Shown: positions 20,988 to 36,097 of the stretch, piece after piece | Layout: each line of letters opens with the position of its first letter | Position numbering within the stretch: position 1 is the stretch's first letter | Assembly: GCF_009914755.1 (NCBI RefSeq) | Contig: NC_060936.1 | Direction: 5' to 3' (one strand) | Length of the DNA: 64,000 nucleotides | Origin: the human T2T-CHM13v2.0 reference genome, Homo sapiens | The notes under the pieces: model-generated | What the model was told of the DNA's origin: nothing | Databases searched by the model: none | Seen by the model: only the letters and a program-made list of their open reading frames with translations | Made by a program: the position numbers and the translations under genes

Positions 20988-21296
20988 TGAGTAGCTGGGG
21001 TTACAGGTATGTGCCACCACGCCCAGCTAATTTTTGTATTTTTAGTAGAGACGGGGTTTCACCATGCTGGTCAGGCTGATCTCAAACTCCTGACCTCAGG
21101 TGATCCACCCGCCTCAGCCTCCCAAAGTGCTGGGATTACAGGCATGACCCACCATGCTCGTCCTGAATATTCTTTGTGTTTTTTTCTGACAGGCTTTGTG
21201 ATGTGAATAGTAGTGAATTGATAGTGAAACTGTATTGTTAATAAACACATAATTTAAGATAAGCCAGATTTCTGGTAATATTCTTCTCAGAATTAG

Positions 21297-21678
<382 letters not shown>

Positions 21679-21974
21679 TAAAAAACTCAAAATATAGGGT
21701 ACAAAATTCATCTTAAGTGCTTGGTACATCTTTAGCTTGGTAGGTCTCTGACATAGAGTTTAATAGAGATTTTTTTAGTATTGAGAACCCATTTGTCCCC
21801 ACAGACATATTTTCTGCGTGTGATTGCTCTGTGTGTATGTGAATTTTTAATTTCTTTCTTAGATGAGAGGCATTAGTCTGTTTTTGAGCTTATGCCATCT
21901 TCTTGGAATTAAGATTTAGCTACAGAAGTTTGTATTCTTATTAATGCAGGAAGAACAGTTTTTTAAAAAATTGA

Positions 21975-22388
<414 letters not shown>

Positions 22389-22993
22389 TAAAATTTGGAT
22401 ACTGTTTAAAGATAGAGAAAACTTTCTTAACTTGAGGAAAATGTTAAAAATTGCTTTCATTATATTTGTTTTAGATTACATTTAGTTGCAGGTTCCATAA
22501 ACTACATTCAAGATTAGTACTGCTTTTTAAATGTATATGAACTATCTAATGGTTTTTACGTGGATTTAGGTTAATTGTGGCGTTGGCAAACACTTACTGC
22601 CTGCTTGATTTGTATTAGACACTGTGCTAGGTTTTGGAGATGGAGTAAGACATTCCTTTACTTTTAAGGAGGTGATTAACTAAAACAATAATTACATTAT
22701 TTTAAAAGCCCCTGGTTACCTCAGAGGAGCACCTAAATTAGACTGAGGGGCATGAAGGTTTGTGTAGGATTGTGACTGTTGAACTTAGTTTGGAAAAATG
22801 AGCAGTAGTTAGCCAGTTGATGGGGCAGAAGAAGGTCATGGAAACCAGAGACAGCTTGGTATTTCAGGGAATTGCATAGACCTGATTATGGTTGTCACGT
22901 GGAGAAGGACAGTGGATAAGTAGTAGTTTCAGAGAGATAGGCAGGGCCAAATGATGAAAAATCTCATATGCACTACCAAGGAATTCAGATTAA

Positions 22994-23170
<177 letters not shown>

Positions 23171-23294
23171 TAGTAGAAACGGGATTTTGCCATGTTGCCC
23201 AGGCCAGTCTTGAACTCCTTAGCTCAAGTGATCATCCTGCCTCGGGTTCCCGAAGTGCTGGGGTTATAGGTATGAGCCACCGTGCCCAGCCAAG

Positions 23295-23520
23295 ACATTT
23301 TTAAAATGTGAGAATACACAAGCACACATTCCATTAGCTGTCAGTGGGATATTATCACATGTCATGTAGCTCTGGAAAACACTATCATGCACTTGTGAGA
23401 GAATCACGGTGAAAAAGGCCAATGACATCATCCTTTTATGGAAATAGTTTTGCCCTCATGGACCTCCTGCAAGGGGGTCTTGAGCACCCCTGGAATCCCT
23501 TACCCATCTGGAGAATCATA
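23295..23520. mobile_element. Charlie1-like DNA transposon terminal fragment
   Basis: catgtcatgtagctctggaaa...aatagttttgccctcatggacctcctgcaagggggtct resembles the Charlie1 end. Confidence 0.55.
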
Positions 23521-23981
23521 TTAGAAGATCATTATGGCACTGGTGTTGAGAATTGTTTAGAACCTATAAAAAGAATCACATTTATTTTTGCTTTTTTGAG
23601 ACAGGGTCTTGCCATGTCATCCACGCTGTAGTGCAGTGGAACTATCGTGGCTCGCTGTAGTGCAGTGGCACTATCATGGCTCACTGTAGCCATGAACTCT
23701 TGGGTTCAAGCAATCTTCCTGCCTCAGCTTCCTGAGTAGCTGGGACTGCAGGCATGAGCCACTATGCTGGGCTATTTTTTTTTTTATTTTTAAATTTTTT
23801 TTGCAGAGATAGGATCTTGCCGTGTTGTCCAGGCTGGTCTTGAACTCCTAGACTCAAGCAATTCTCCTGCCTTGTCTCCCAAAGTGCTAGGATTACAGGC
23901 ATGGGCCACTGTGTCAGGCCAAGAAGGACATTTCATATTGTGATCCAATATGCGCACTTTAAACATCGCAGAAAACAAGAC

Positions 23982-25862
<1,881 letters not shown>

Positions 25863-26387
25863 TTACTTATGTTTACTTTAGTGTGATACACTGTGAAAAT
25901 AAGCTATACATTTTATTTTCTGTTCTATTTATCTGTTTATTTTAGAGATCCTATCTCTATTCTCCTATAGATAGGATCTTGCTATGTTGTCCAGGCTGGT
26001 CTTGAATTCCTGGACTCAAGCAATCCTACTTCCTTGGTCTCCCAAAGTGCTGGGATTACAGGCACAGGCTATTGTGCCTGGCCAAGAAGTACATTTTATA
26101 TTGTGATCCAGTATGCACATGTGCATGCATATGCACACCTGAAACATTGCAGAAAACAATACTGTTATCTCTTGTTGCATTACAATTACTTCAGAACTTA
26201 CTGGATTTGAAAAACAAACATCTCAGATTTCATGAAGAGTGTGTTGGGTGATTCTGGCTCAGGGTATGTAGTGATTTTATTTCATTTAAAACAAACAAGA
26301 AAACAAGCTTGGTTGCAGCTTATCAAGCTGATTTCACAACCTACTATTGGGTCATAATTCTAAGTTTGAAAAACACTGACTGGGGAC

Positions 26388-27004
26388 TGTTACCGTTTGG
26401 CTGTGTCCCCAGCAATCTCATCTTGAATTGTAGTTCCCATAATCCCTACATGTTGTGGAGGGACCTGGTGGTAGCTGAATCGTGGGGTCGGTTACCCCAT
26501 GCTGTTCTGATAGTGAGTGCTCACGAGATCGATTTTATTTTTTCTTTTTTGAGACAGAGTCTTGCTCTGTCACCCAGGCTTGAGTGCAGTGGCATAATCT
26601 TGGGTCACTGAAACCTTTGCCTCCTGGGTTCAAGTGAGCACGTCTGGGTAATATTTGTATTTTTAGTAGAGATAGGGTTTCACCATGTTGGCCAGGCTGG
26701 TCTTGAACTCCTGACCTCAAGTGATCCACTGACCTTGGCCTCCCAAAGTGTTGGGATTACAGGCGTTAGCCACCGCGCCCAGCCTAGATCTGATGGTTTT
26801 GTAAGGGGCTCTTCCCCCTTTGCTTGGCACTTCTTCCTGCCGCCATGTGAAGAAGGATGTGTTTGCTTCCCCTTCTGCCATGATTGTAAGCTTCTTGAGG
26901 CCTCCCCAGCCCTGCAGAACTGTGAGTCAATTAAACCTCTTTCTTTTATAAATTACCCAGTCTTATGGGTAGTTCTACATAGAGCTTGAGAATGGACTAA
27001 TACA
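26388..27004 (+). mobile_element. THE1-family MaLR solo LTR interrupted by an Alu (about 26535-26784)
   Basis: tttggctgtgtcccc...aatctcatcttgaattgtagttcccataatcc ... gtgagtcaattaaacctctttc...aatggactaataca. ggac flanks both ends. Confidence 0.9.
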
Positions 27005-28133
27005 GGACTCTGAGGCTAGAGGCAGGCAGTCAGGTTAGAAAGTTGTTTTAATTCAGGTAGGATAGGATGGCATAAACCAAGGTAATAATTGTGGGAATGG
27101 AGGAAGAGGATCAATTTAAGAGGTACCTAGAAATCAAAGCAACAGGAATTGTATTGTTTTGATAATATGTGTGTATATGGAGTATGAAGATTTTGGGAGG
27201 ACTCTCAGGCTCTGGCTTGAGCAGCTGATGTTATTCATGTGAATAGATGTTGTCCACTACCATGTTCTTTTTTTGATTTTTTTTTTTTCCCCTGCAGCAG
27301 CAGGTTTGGTTTTGGAATGGGGAGACCTTGATACGGAGTTCAGTTTGGGGGCATGGTGTATTTGAGGTGCATGTGAGGAGTATAAGTGAAGATGTCCAGA
27401 AGTGGGATACATAGTTTTGATTCTCAAAGGAGAAGTAAAAAAGTACTGGAGAAGTAGTGAATTTGGAGTCTTTGTTGTACATATGTTATTTTAAGCTGGT
27501 GGAGGCAGGGAGAAAGGATTTCTTAAGGATGATATTGTAGTGTGAGAATAACATAGGGATGAAGATCAGAAACATTTAAGGGAGGAACGAACAAAGAAGG
27601 AGGAGGGTTAGAAGAAAAGAGCATATGATATAAAGAAACCAAGAGAGGAGAGTGTCAAAAAATTGGGAGTGCTTAAGAAACAAGATGTATTATAGACAGA
27701 AGTTAAAAAGGCATTAGAGAGGAAAAGTGTTCATTAACTAAGGTTTCTCTGGAGAAGCCAGAGGGAATGGGGACTAAAGTACCCTGTGGAAGGATTAGCT
27801 GTAGCCCACTTCCATCAGAATAGAGGAAGTTAAGGATGGTTGTTGCTGTCAATGAACATGTGGAGAGAGAAAGTTGAGATAGTTCCTGTTTGATTTCTTT
27901 GTTTCTCTCTTATGTAGGAGATGAGATACGTAAATTTGATAGGGCTGCTGTAAGAAAGTACCATCAGCTGGGCACGGTGGCTCACGCCTGTAATCCCAGT
28001 ACTTTGGGAGGCTGAGGCAGGCGAATCCGTTGGGCCCAGGAGTTCGAGACCAGACTGGGCAACATGGTGAAACCCCACCTCTACCAAAAATACAAAAATT
28101 AGCTGGGTGTGCTGATGCTCGCCTGTAGTCTCA

Positions 28134-28244
<111 letters not shown>

Positions 28245-28621
28245 TCAACAAACAAAAACACAAAACATCTCCCGCCTCTCCACCCCGCTCCCCCCACAGG
28301 TTTGAAACCACCTGCCTGTTATTTCAAACCACCTGTGTGTTCACATTTTTGAGGACTTTTAACCTGTTTGACCAGAATAGATACTGTCTTTAGAATCTCA
28401 TTTTTGACAATATGATTTACTTGGTACTGTTTTCAATGAAGAAACACTTATAAGAATCAATTTACATAACAATGGATTTTGGGAAAATATTGTTTAATAT
28501 GCTGAAGCCTGTTGTTACTTGACCTAAGCCAATGCTTTGAAATGATGCTAGGAAATCAGAGAGATCTAGTTTAGATCTATATTGTCTTTGAAAGAAGTCT
28601 ATAAAGTTGATAGCTATAGTT

Positions 28622-29007
28622 TAGTGGGTTCTGCATCCACAGCTCAAACCACCTGTGGACCAAAAATATTTGGGAAAGAATCTTAAAGTCACCTTGAAAA
28701 AAAAAGTGGAAAAAAAAAAAAAAAGAAAATACTTGGGAAAAAATAATACAACATGGAAAAATAATACAAATAAAAAACACAATAAGTATAACAACGATTT
28801 ACATAGCATCTACATTTTATTAAGTATTATAAGTAATTTAGAGATGATTTAAAGTATGCTGGAGGATATCCATAGGTTTTATGCAATTACTGTGTCATTT
28901 TGAATCAGGGACTTGAGCATCCTGGGATTTTTGTTGTCTGGGGCAGTCTTGGATATCTGGATACGTTCTACTGGAGCCAGTCCCCAGCAGATACCAAGGG
29001 ACAACTG
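28622..29007. mobile_element. MER2-like Tigger fossil
   Basis: gtgggttctgcatcc...agggacttgagcatcc...gataccaagggacaactg. Confidence 0.75.
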
Positions 29008-29595
29008 CCTGTGGTTTTAAAATTTGTTTTAGTTATACTTGTAGAGTATGAACATGTTTTCTTTTTTGAAAAAAAAATTCAGGTGCTTTATGGTAGTTTG
29101 AGTGTAAAGCTTTCTAAGTTGAGCTAAAGCCTCCACAAACATTTTTCCCCTTTATAACACAAGTTTCCTTCCCTCTAATTATCGCTGTTTCAAAATTGGC
29201 ATTTCCCGTGTAGGAATTCTTTACATACTCTGTTTACAGATCATTATACTTATGTTCACTGTATTTTTCACCTAGCTTTTGGTTTATCTTTTAATTTTAT
29301 TTACAGCATTTTTTGGTATAATACTTTGTCATTTTGACATAATTAAGTGTGTTGGTTGTTTTTCTTTATGGTTTTTGCTTCTGGTTTTTTATTTAAGAAG
29401 CCTTTTCCTAACTCAAGTTCACAAGGATATTCTTCAAAATTTTCTTCTAGTACTTTTAATGGCTTAAAAAATTTATATCTTTAATGTATATGGAATTTAT
29501 TTTGGTGTACTATGTGAAGACGAGTATACGTTATGTTTCTCAAAGAGCAACAAGTATTTAAACTTCATTTATTGAGTGATTTTTCATTTCCTCAC

Positions 29596-30259
29596 TGTAT
29601 TAGTCTGTTCTCATGTTGCTAATACAGACATACCCGAGACTAGGTAATTTAAAAAGGAAAGTTTTTTTTTTTTTTTTTTTTTGAGACGGAGTCTCGCTCT
29701 TGTCACCCAGGCTGGAGTGCAGTGGCGCGATCTCGGCTCACTGCAATGTCTGCCGCCTGGGTTCAAGCTTCTTATGCCTCAGCCTCCTGAGTGGCTGGGA
29801 TTACAGGCACCTGCCACCATGCTTGGTTAATTTTTGTACTTTTAGTGAGATTGGGTTTTGCCGTGTTGGTCAGGCTGGTCTCGAACTCTTGATGTCAGGT
29901 GATCCACCCGCCTTGGTCTCCCAAATTGCTGGAATTACAGATGTAAGCCACTGCACCCTGCCAGGAAAGAGGTTTAATGGACTCTCAGTTCCACATGGCT
30001 GGGGAGACCTCACAATCATGGCAGAAGGCGAATGAGGAGCAAAATTATGTCTTACATGGCGACAGGCAAGAGAACTTGTGCAGGGGAACTCCAATTTATA
30101 AAACTATCAGATCCCATGAGACGCACTCACTACCACCAGAACAGTAGAGGGGAAACTGCGCCCATGATTCAGTTAAGTACACCTGGCCCCACCCTTGATA
30201 CATGAAGATGATTGCAATTCAAGGTGAGATTTGAGTGGGGACACAGCCAAACCATATCA
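29596..30259 (-). mobile_element. THE1-family MaLR solo LTR interrupted by an Alu
   Basis: tgtattagtctgttctc...gggacacagccaaaccatatca. Perfect 5-bp TSD CTCAC at 29591-29595 and 30260-30264. Confidence 0.92.
29662..29963 (-). mobile_element. Alu, nearest full-length Alu upstream of the exon, inserted in a THE1 LTR
   Basis: Poly-T, then gagacggagtctcgctc...cactgcaccctgcc. Flanked by aggaaag duplication. Confidence 0.93.
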
Positions 30260-31239
30260 CTCACTGTTTGGAAACGTTACTTTTAACATATATTAAATTC
30301 CCATATATAATTTAGACCCTGTTCTTGGGCTAGTACTATACAGTTTTCGTTATTATAGTTTTACAAGGCTACAATACTTTGTAAGAAACCTTGCAGGTCA
30401 GATGTGGTTTTGTTGTCAGGAATTTTTTCCAGTAATACTTAGTGGACATTATGTAGTATCCAGTAATCACACACATTGTTTTCTTAATGAAATATATGAA
30501 GTCACACTATGTGGGATACATATAAACAGTAAGTAAGCTCAGATCAGGTCAAGGTTTGCTGCTAGATGAGTTAAAAGGAAAATCTTATTTTCAGAGGTTT
30601 TTGGATTTTTGCAGTACAAATGAAGAATTATGGATTTGTAATTTATGTTGCTGTTGAGGGCTGTCTTCCTTCCTTGTTCATCTATTTTAAATTGTTTGGT
30701 TACTCTTGTATCTTTACTCTCCATTTGAATTTTAGAGTCAGCTTGTTGAGTTACTTGAAAAATCCTTCAACACCTGTGAAAGGAAGGGATCTATAGCTGG
30801 TTAGCAAAATCCTGTAGAGATTTTTCACTGGGATTGTGCTAAGTAGTTGGGGAAGAACTAAATCTTAGCAGTGTTTGTCTTCTCATCCATGAACACAGAT
30901 AACTTTGTTTAGGTGTTCTTTCATGTCTTTCAGTAAAATGTTATAGTTTTTTTCCCCCAAAATTCTTGCACATTTCTGTTGATTTACATCAAAGTACTTT
31001 TATGGTTTTGTTGCTGTTGTGAATGGGATTTAAAATTTCCTTTAAATTAAAAACTGCATTTTCTAGTTGTTACTACTGATGTATACATTGATACTTATAT
31101 ATTGATATTGAGTTTGACCAGTTTGTTGAGTTCTGTTATTCTAATAACTTGTCAGTTGATTATCTTGGGTTTTCAGTTAGCAAGTCAGATATTCAGACAT
31201 TGAGTTTAATCTTTTCCTTGTCAATCTTTATACTTCTTG

Positions 31240-31448
<209 letters not shown>

Positions 31449-31616
31449 TAAAATATTGTTTACTATGAGTACATTATGCTGTAATCACATTCTGAATGCG
31501 TGAGTACATACATGGTAGAAGGGCTAGATCTTCTTTAAGTGGGGGTAATGGAAAGTCTCTGAGAAGGGAAATATTTATTATTGGAGGATTTAATGTGTGA
31601 TCTTTTCATTACAGAT

Positions 31617-31625
31617 ATGGTGTAA
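31617..31625 (+). promoter_or_regulatory. Minimal upstream ORF (ATG GTG TAA) in the ERC1 5'UTR
   Basis: ATGGTGTAA starts at the third base of the exon, with G at +4, out of frame with the main ATG. Confidence 0.55.
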
Positions 31626-31719
31626 GATACTTCTTCAAGATTGGACAGCTGGGGACCTTCTTCTGATTAACCTTAAACCAACTTGTAGCCATAGAGACAC
31701 CTCACAAGGTTCCCATTTT

Positions 31720-31737
31720 TGTTGTTGTTGTTGTTGA
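31720..31737 (+). repeat. (TGT)5-TGA trinucleotide microsatellite in the ERC1 5'UTR
   Basis: Sequence tgttgttgttgttgttga. Confidence 0.9.
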
Positions 31738-31770
31738 TTTTCTGCTCACACCTTTCCTGACCTTGCAACC

Positions 31771-32439
31771 ATGTATGGAAGTGCCCGCTCTGTTGGGAAG
31801 GTGGAGCCGAGCAGCCAGAGCCCTGGGCGTTCACCCAGGCTTCCACGTTCCCCTCGCTTGGGTCACCGTCGAACCAACAGTACGGGAGGGAGTTCGGGAA
31901 GCAGTGTTGGAGGTGGCAGTGGGAAAACCCTTTCAATGGAAAATATACAATCTTTAAATGCTGCCTATGCCACCTCTGGCCCTATGTATCTAAGTGACCA
32001 TGAAAATGTGGGTTCAGAAACACCTAAAAGCACCATGACACTTGGCCGTTCTGGGGGACGTCTGCCTTACGGTGTTCGGATGACTGCTATGGGTAGTAGC
32101 CCCAATATAGCTAGCAGTGGGGTTGCTAGTGACACCATAGCATTTGGAGAGCATCACCTCCCTCCTGTGAGTATGGCATCCACTGTACCTCACTCCCTTC
32201 GTCAGGCGAGAGATAACACAATCATGGATCTGCAGACACAGCTGAAGGAAGTATTAAGAGAAAATGATCTCTTGCGGAAGGATGTGGAAGTAAAGGAGAG
32301 CAAATTGAGTTCTTCAATGAATAGCATCAAGACCTTCTGGAGCCCAGAGCTGAAGAAGGAACGAGCCCTGAGAAAAGATGAAGCTTCCAAAATCACCATT
32401 TGGAAGGAACAGTACAGAGTTGTACAGGAGGAAAACCAG
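31771..32439 (+). CDS. ERC1: ERC1 (ELKS/RAB6-interacting/CAST family member 1), coding part of the first coding exon (codons 1-223, phase-0 donor)
   Basis: Translation MYGSARSVGKVEPSSQSPGRSPRLPRSPRLGHRRTNS...KTLSMENIQSLNAAYATSGPMYLSD...KTFWSPELKKERALRKDEASKITIWKEQYRVVQEENQ is the recognisable ELKS/ERC1 N-terminus (S/G-rich disordered region, then start of coiled coil). Kozak context ACCATGT. In-frame upstream TGA at 31735-31737. Ends at CAG|GTAAGT. The ORF-track extension to 32487 is intron read-through. Confidence 0.97.
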
Positions 32440-32939
32440 GTAAGTTCTACGTGTGTTTACCTTTATTGGCTGAATTCATGTATATAAATGAAATAGCCTT
32501 TTTTTCCCCTTTCCTAGATTTTTCCCTTCGTAGTATATGTATCTTCCTTTTTCCTATTGATTTTACTGTTTTGTGTCCTCCATTTCTCAGCCCTTTCCAA
32601 ATTTGGTCCTGTACCCTGTTTTCTTCTAGCTGCCCATGTCTCCTTGCTCCCATTCTTGCTTGGTTCTTTTCTCTGGTTTCTCTTTCTCTTCGTGTCTTTC
32701 CTTTCAGCATATGTTATCTTTTTTTTTTTTTTTCAATTCTTCTGAGAGTATAATTTTGCCACACTCTCTAATATCTATTACCAAATGTATTTTAGAGTAG
32801 GTAACTTAAATGTAAGGTATACCATTAAGATTTGTCATAATGTCAAAAAGTCATTCTTAAAAACAAAACAAAATGACTATCACAGGATAAATCAGTGTTG
32901 TCAGCTGAGAACAGAAATTACTTTTAAAAAGTTAATGTT

Positions 32940-33298
<359 letters not shown>

Positions 33299-33611
33299 TT
33301 AACTTCAGGATGCTTTTGTAGCTTTTCGTTCTGTAATTCTTTACATTTAAGGTGGAGGAAAGGCAACTTGGTGTGATTGTTTACTTGTAGAAAATAAATG
33401 AGATGACTGGGCATTATAATTATGGGCTTTGCAATTTGAGAGCTAAGTGCTGTCACATTAGCTACAGGAAATATTCACTTATTTTTCTGTGCTCCTCCAG
33501 GTTATAGTTGATGTTTGATGATAGCCATGCCACATTCAGTGAGGAAGCTGATGACTCCAAAGATGTGAACAAATCATATTCAGGCTCTACTAGTTAAAAT
33601 GTTAAACATAC

Positions 33612-33913
33612 TTTTTTTTTTTTTTTTTTTTTTGAGACGGAGTCTTGCTCTGTCTCCCAGGCTGAAGTACAGTGACGCAATCTCAGTTCGCTGCAACCTC
33701 CACCTCCCAGGTTCAAGTGATTCTCCTGTCTCAGCCTCCTGAGTAGCTGGGATTACAGGTGCCCGCCACCACGCCTGGCTAATATTTGTATTTTTAGTAG
33801 AGACGGGGTTTCACCGTGTTGGCCAGGCTGGTCTCAAACTCCTGACCTCAGGTGGTCCACCTGCCTTGGCCTCCCGAAGTGCTGGGATTATAGGCGCGAG
33901 CCACCGCCAGGCC
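33612..33913 (-). mobile_element. Alu
   Basis: Poly-T plus full dimeric Alu. TSD catactttttt. Confidence 0.93.
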
Positions 33914-34227
33914 CATACTTTTTGTTTAAAAGACTTTTAGAATTTTTCTCTTTTCACATTTTTTTCCCCCATGGCCCAAGTTGTCTGTACTTTTAGAAGT
34001 TTTCTTAAACTTGCAAGCTTGAGTTTTTTTCCTCCTTAAAAAAGCTGTCTTATACTCTTAAAGGAGAATATGTAATTAGCTACCTCATTGTTGGTATTAC
34101 ACTTTATTTTTGGATTAGGTTAATAAAAATTATAAAGAAAGCAACTGATATCAATTTCTGCAGTGTTCTTAAATGATACTAAGAAGTAAAGAAGCAATCA
34201 GAAATGATCTGTGTCTCTGATGAAGAA

Positions 34228-34880
34228 GTCATCTGCCACACAAAGATGTTTAGGTCAATGATGGACCTCATGTATCACTGTGGTCCCATAAGATTACAAT
34301 ATAGTGTTAGCCAGGTGTGGTAGCTCGCACCTGTACTCCCAGCACTTTGTGAGGCTGAGAGGGTGCGGATTGGTTAAGGCCAGGAGTTTGAGACTAGCCT
34401 GGGCAAAATGGTGAAACCCTGTCTTTGCAAAAAAATAGAAAAAAAATTAGCAGGGTTTTGTGATGGACGCCTGTACTACTTGGGAGACTGAGGCAGGAGG
34501 ATCACCTGAGCCTGGGAGGTCGAGGCCACAGTCAGCCGAGATTGGGCCACTGTACTCCAGCCTGGGTGAGAGTGAGACCCTGTCTCTAAAAACAAAACAA
34601 AAAACAAAGATTATAATACAGTGTTTTCACTGTATCTTTTCTATGCTTAGATGTGTTTAGATACACAGATATTTACCATTGTGTTACAGTTGCCTACAGT
34701 ATTCAATACAGTAACATGCTGTACAGGTTTGTAGCCTAGAAGCAGTAGGCTATATCCTATATCCTAGGTGTGTGGTAGGCCGTACCAGGTGGATTTGTAT
34801 AAGTCCACTTGATGATCTTTGCACAGTGATGAAATCGCCTTTCTCAGAACATATCTCTGTCATTAAGCAACATATGACTG
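34228..34880. mobile_element. Tigger3/MER7-like DNA transposon interrupted by an Alu (about 34309-34608, +)
   Basis: gtggtcccataagatt...ccattgtgttacagttgcctacagtattca...catatgactg|ta. Confidence 0.8.
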
Positions 34881-35704
34881 TAAATCTAATTTAAGATTTC
34901 GGTTGATTGTCTTACCATTCTTACTATTATGCAGTCCAGATATTCAGATCTACTGTTTTGGCTACTTGAAGATCTCTAGTTACATTACATTTTGTATGTT
35001 AAAGCTCCAGACACATTTTCAGCTATAAAAATAGCTCAATTTTTCTGTTCATAAATATAAAACAGAAAAGCATAGATATGAAAGCAAAATATATTCCAGA
35101 TCCTCCCATCTACTGACAACTTTGCTATTCCACTGTTAACATTTTGACATTTCTCTTTACTGAAATATCTCTATGCATATACACGTAACGGATTTACCTG
35201 AATGGAATACTGTTGGTATTATGCTGTGACCTTCTTTTAGCTAACAACATTTCTACTGTATATTAGAGGCCTCTAATATATATCTAAATCGTTATTTTTA
35301 ATGCCTCCTACCATTCTATTGTATCTATTCTAGTTAATATCACAGGGCCAAAATTCTTCAGATTTACTTGGTAGTACAACACAAATTAAAAACCTTGAAT
35401 TCATTTGAATCAGATTTCTAAGTAATTAGAAATTATGATAATTTTATTCTTTCTCAGATACATTATAACTTCAAACTACTTTGCTTTTACTTTTTAATCA
35501 ATTATTAAGTTGTCACTACTCAAAATTTGAATGTTTTAATATACTTAAATCTCTTTCTTAGAGACTTAGCTTCTTTAAAGAAGAGAAATTGTCCTTTAAA
35601 AAATATTCCTTAGAAAGTTCTTTGAGTTTGAGTCATTAAGACTTTAAGAATGTGTAAAGAAAGAAAAAAAGCTAAAATAGACCCCACTGATGGGGTCTAA
35701 AATT

Positions 35705-35885
35705 AAGGACAGGGTTCTTAAATGCTGGCTCAGAAACATCAGCATCAACAGGCATATTTGGTTAAAACATAGATTGCCAGGCCTCCCTTCATACCAGCTA
35801 AGTACAATCTCTGGAGATGGGGTCCAGGAACTTATGTTTCGAACAAGCTTCTCTGGTGGTTCTGATGAGAAACCACTCTTGGGAT
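35705..35885. mobile_element. MER5A-like fossil
   Basis: ggttcttaaa...cagcatca...aatctctggagatggggtccaggaac...ggtggttctgatg. Confidence 0.6.
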
Positions 35886-35953
35886 CTTTAGAATTTAGTA
35901 AATCTAATCTAATTCTTTTTTTTTTTTTTTTGAGATGGAGTCTCGCTCTGTAG

Positions 35954-36097
<144 letters not shown>

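Larger units (their letters stand above)
31615..32439 (+). other. ERC1: ERC1 first coding exon, 825 nt (156 nt 5'UTR + 669 nt CDS)
   Basis: Acceptor tcttttcattacag|ATATGG (AG at 31613-31614) with a branch-like tttaat at about 31589-31594. Donor CAG|GTAAGT (GT at 32440-32441). Confidence 0.9.

Noticed and set aside
31673-32399. Antisense and alternative-frame ORFs over the ERC1 exon (31673-31936, 31763-31957, 32202-32399)
   Set aside because: Short shadows of a coding exon with no independent support.
31771-32487. 238-aa ORF as a complete single-exon protein
   Set aside because: The last 15 residues (VSSTCVYLYWLNSCI) come from reading through the perfect CAG|GTAAGT donor. ERC1 continues in exons outside the window.
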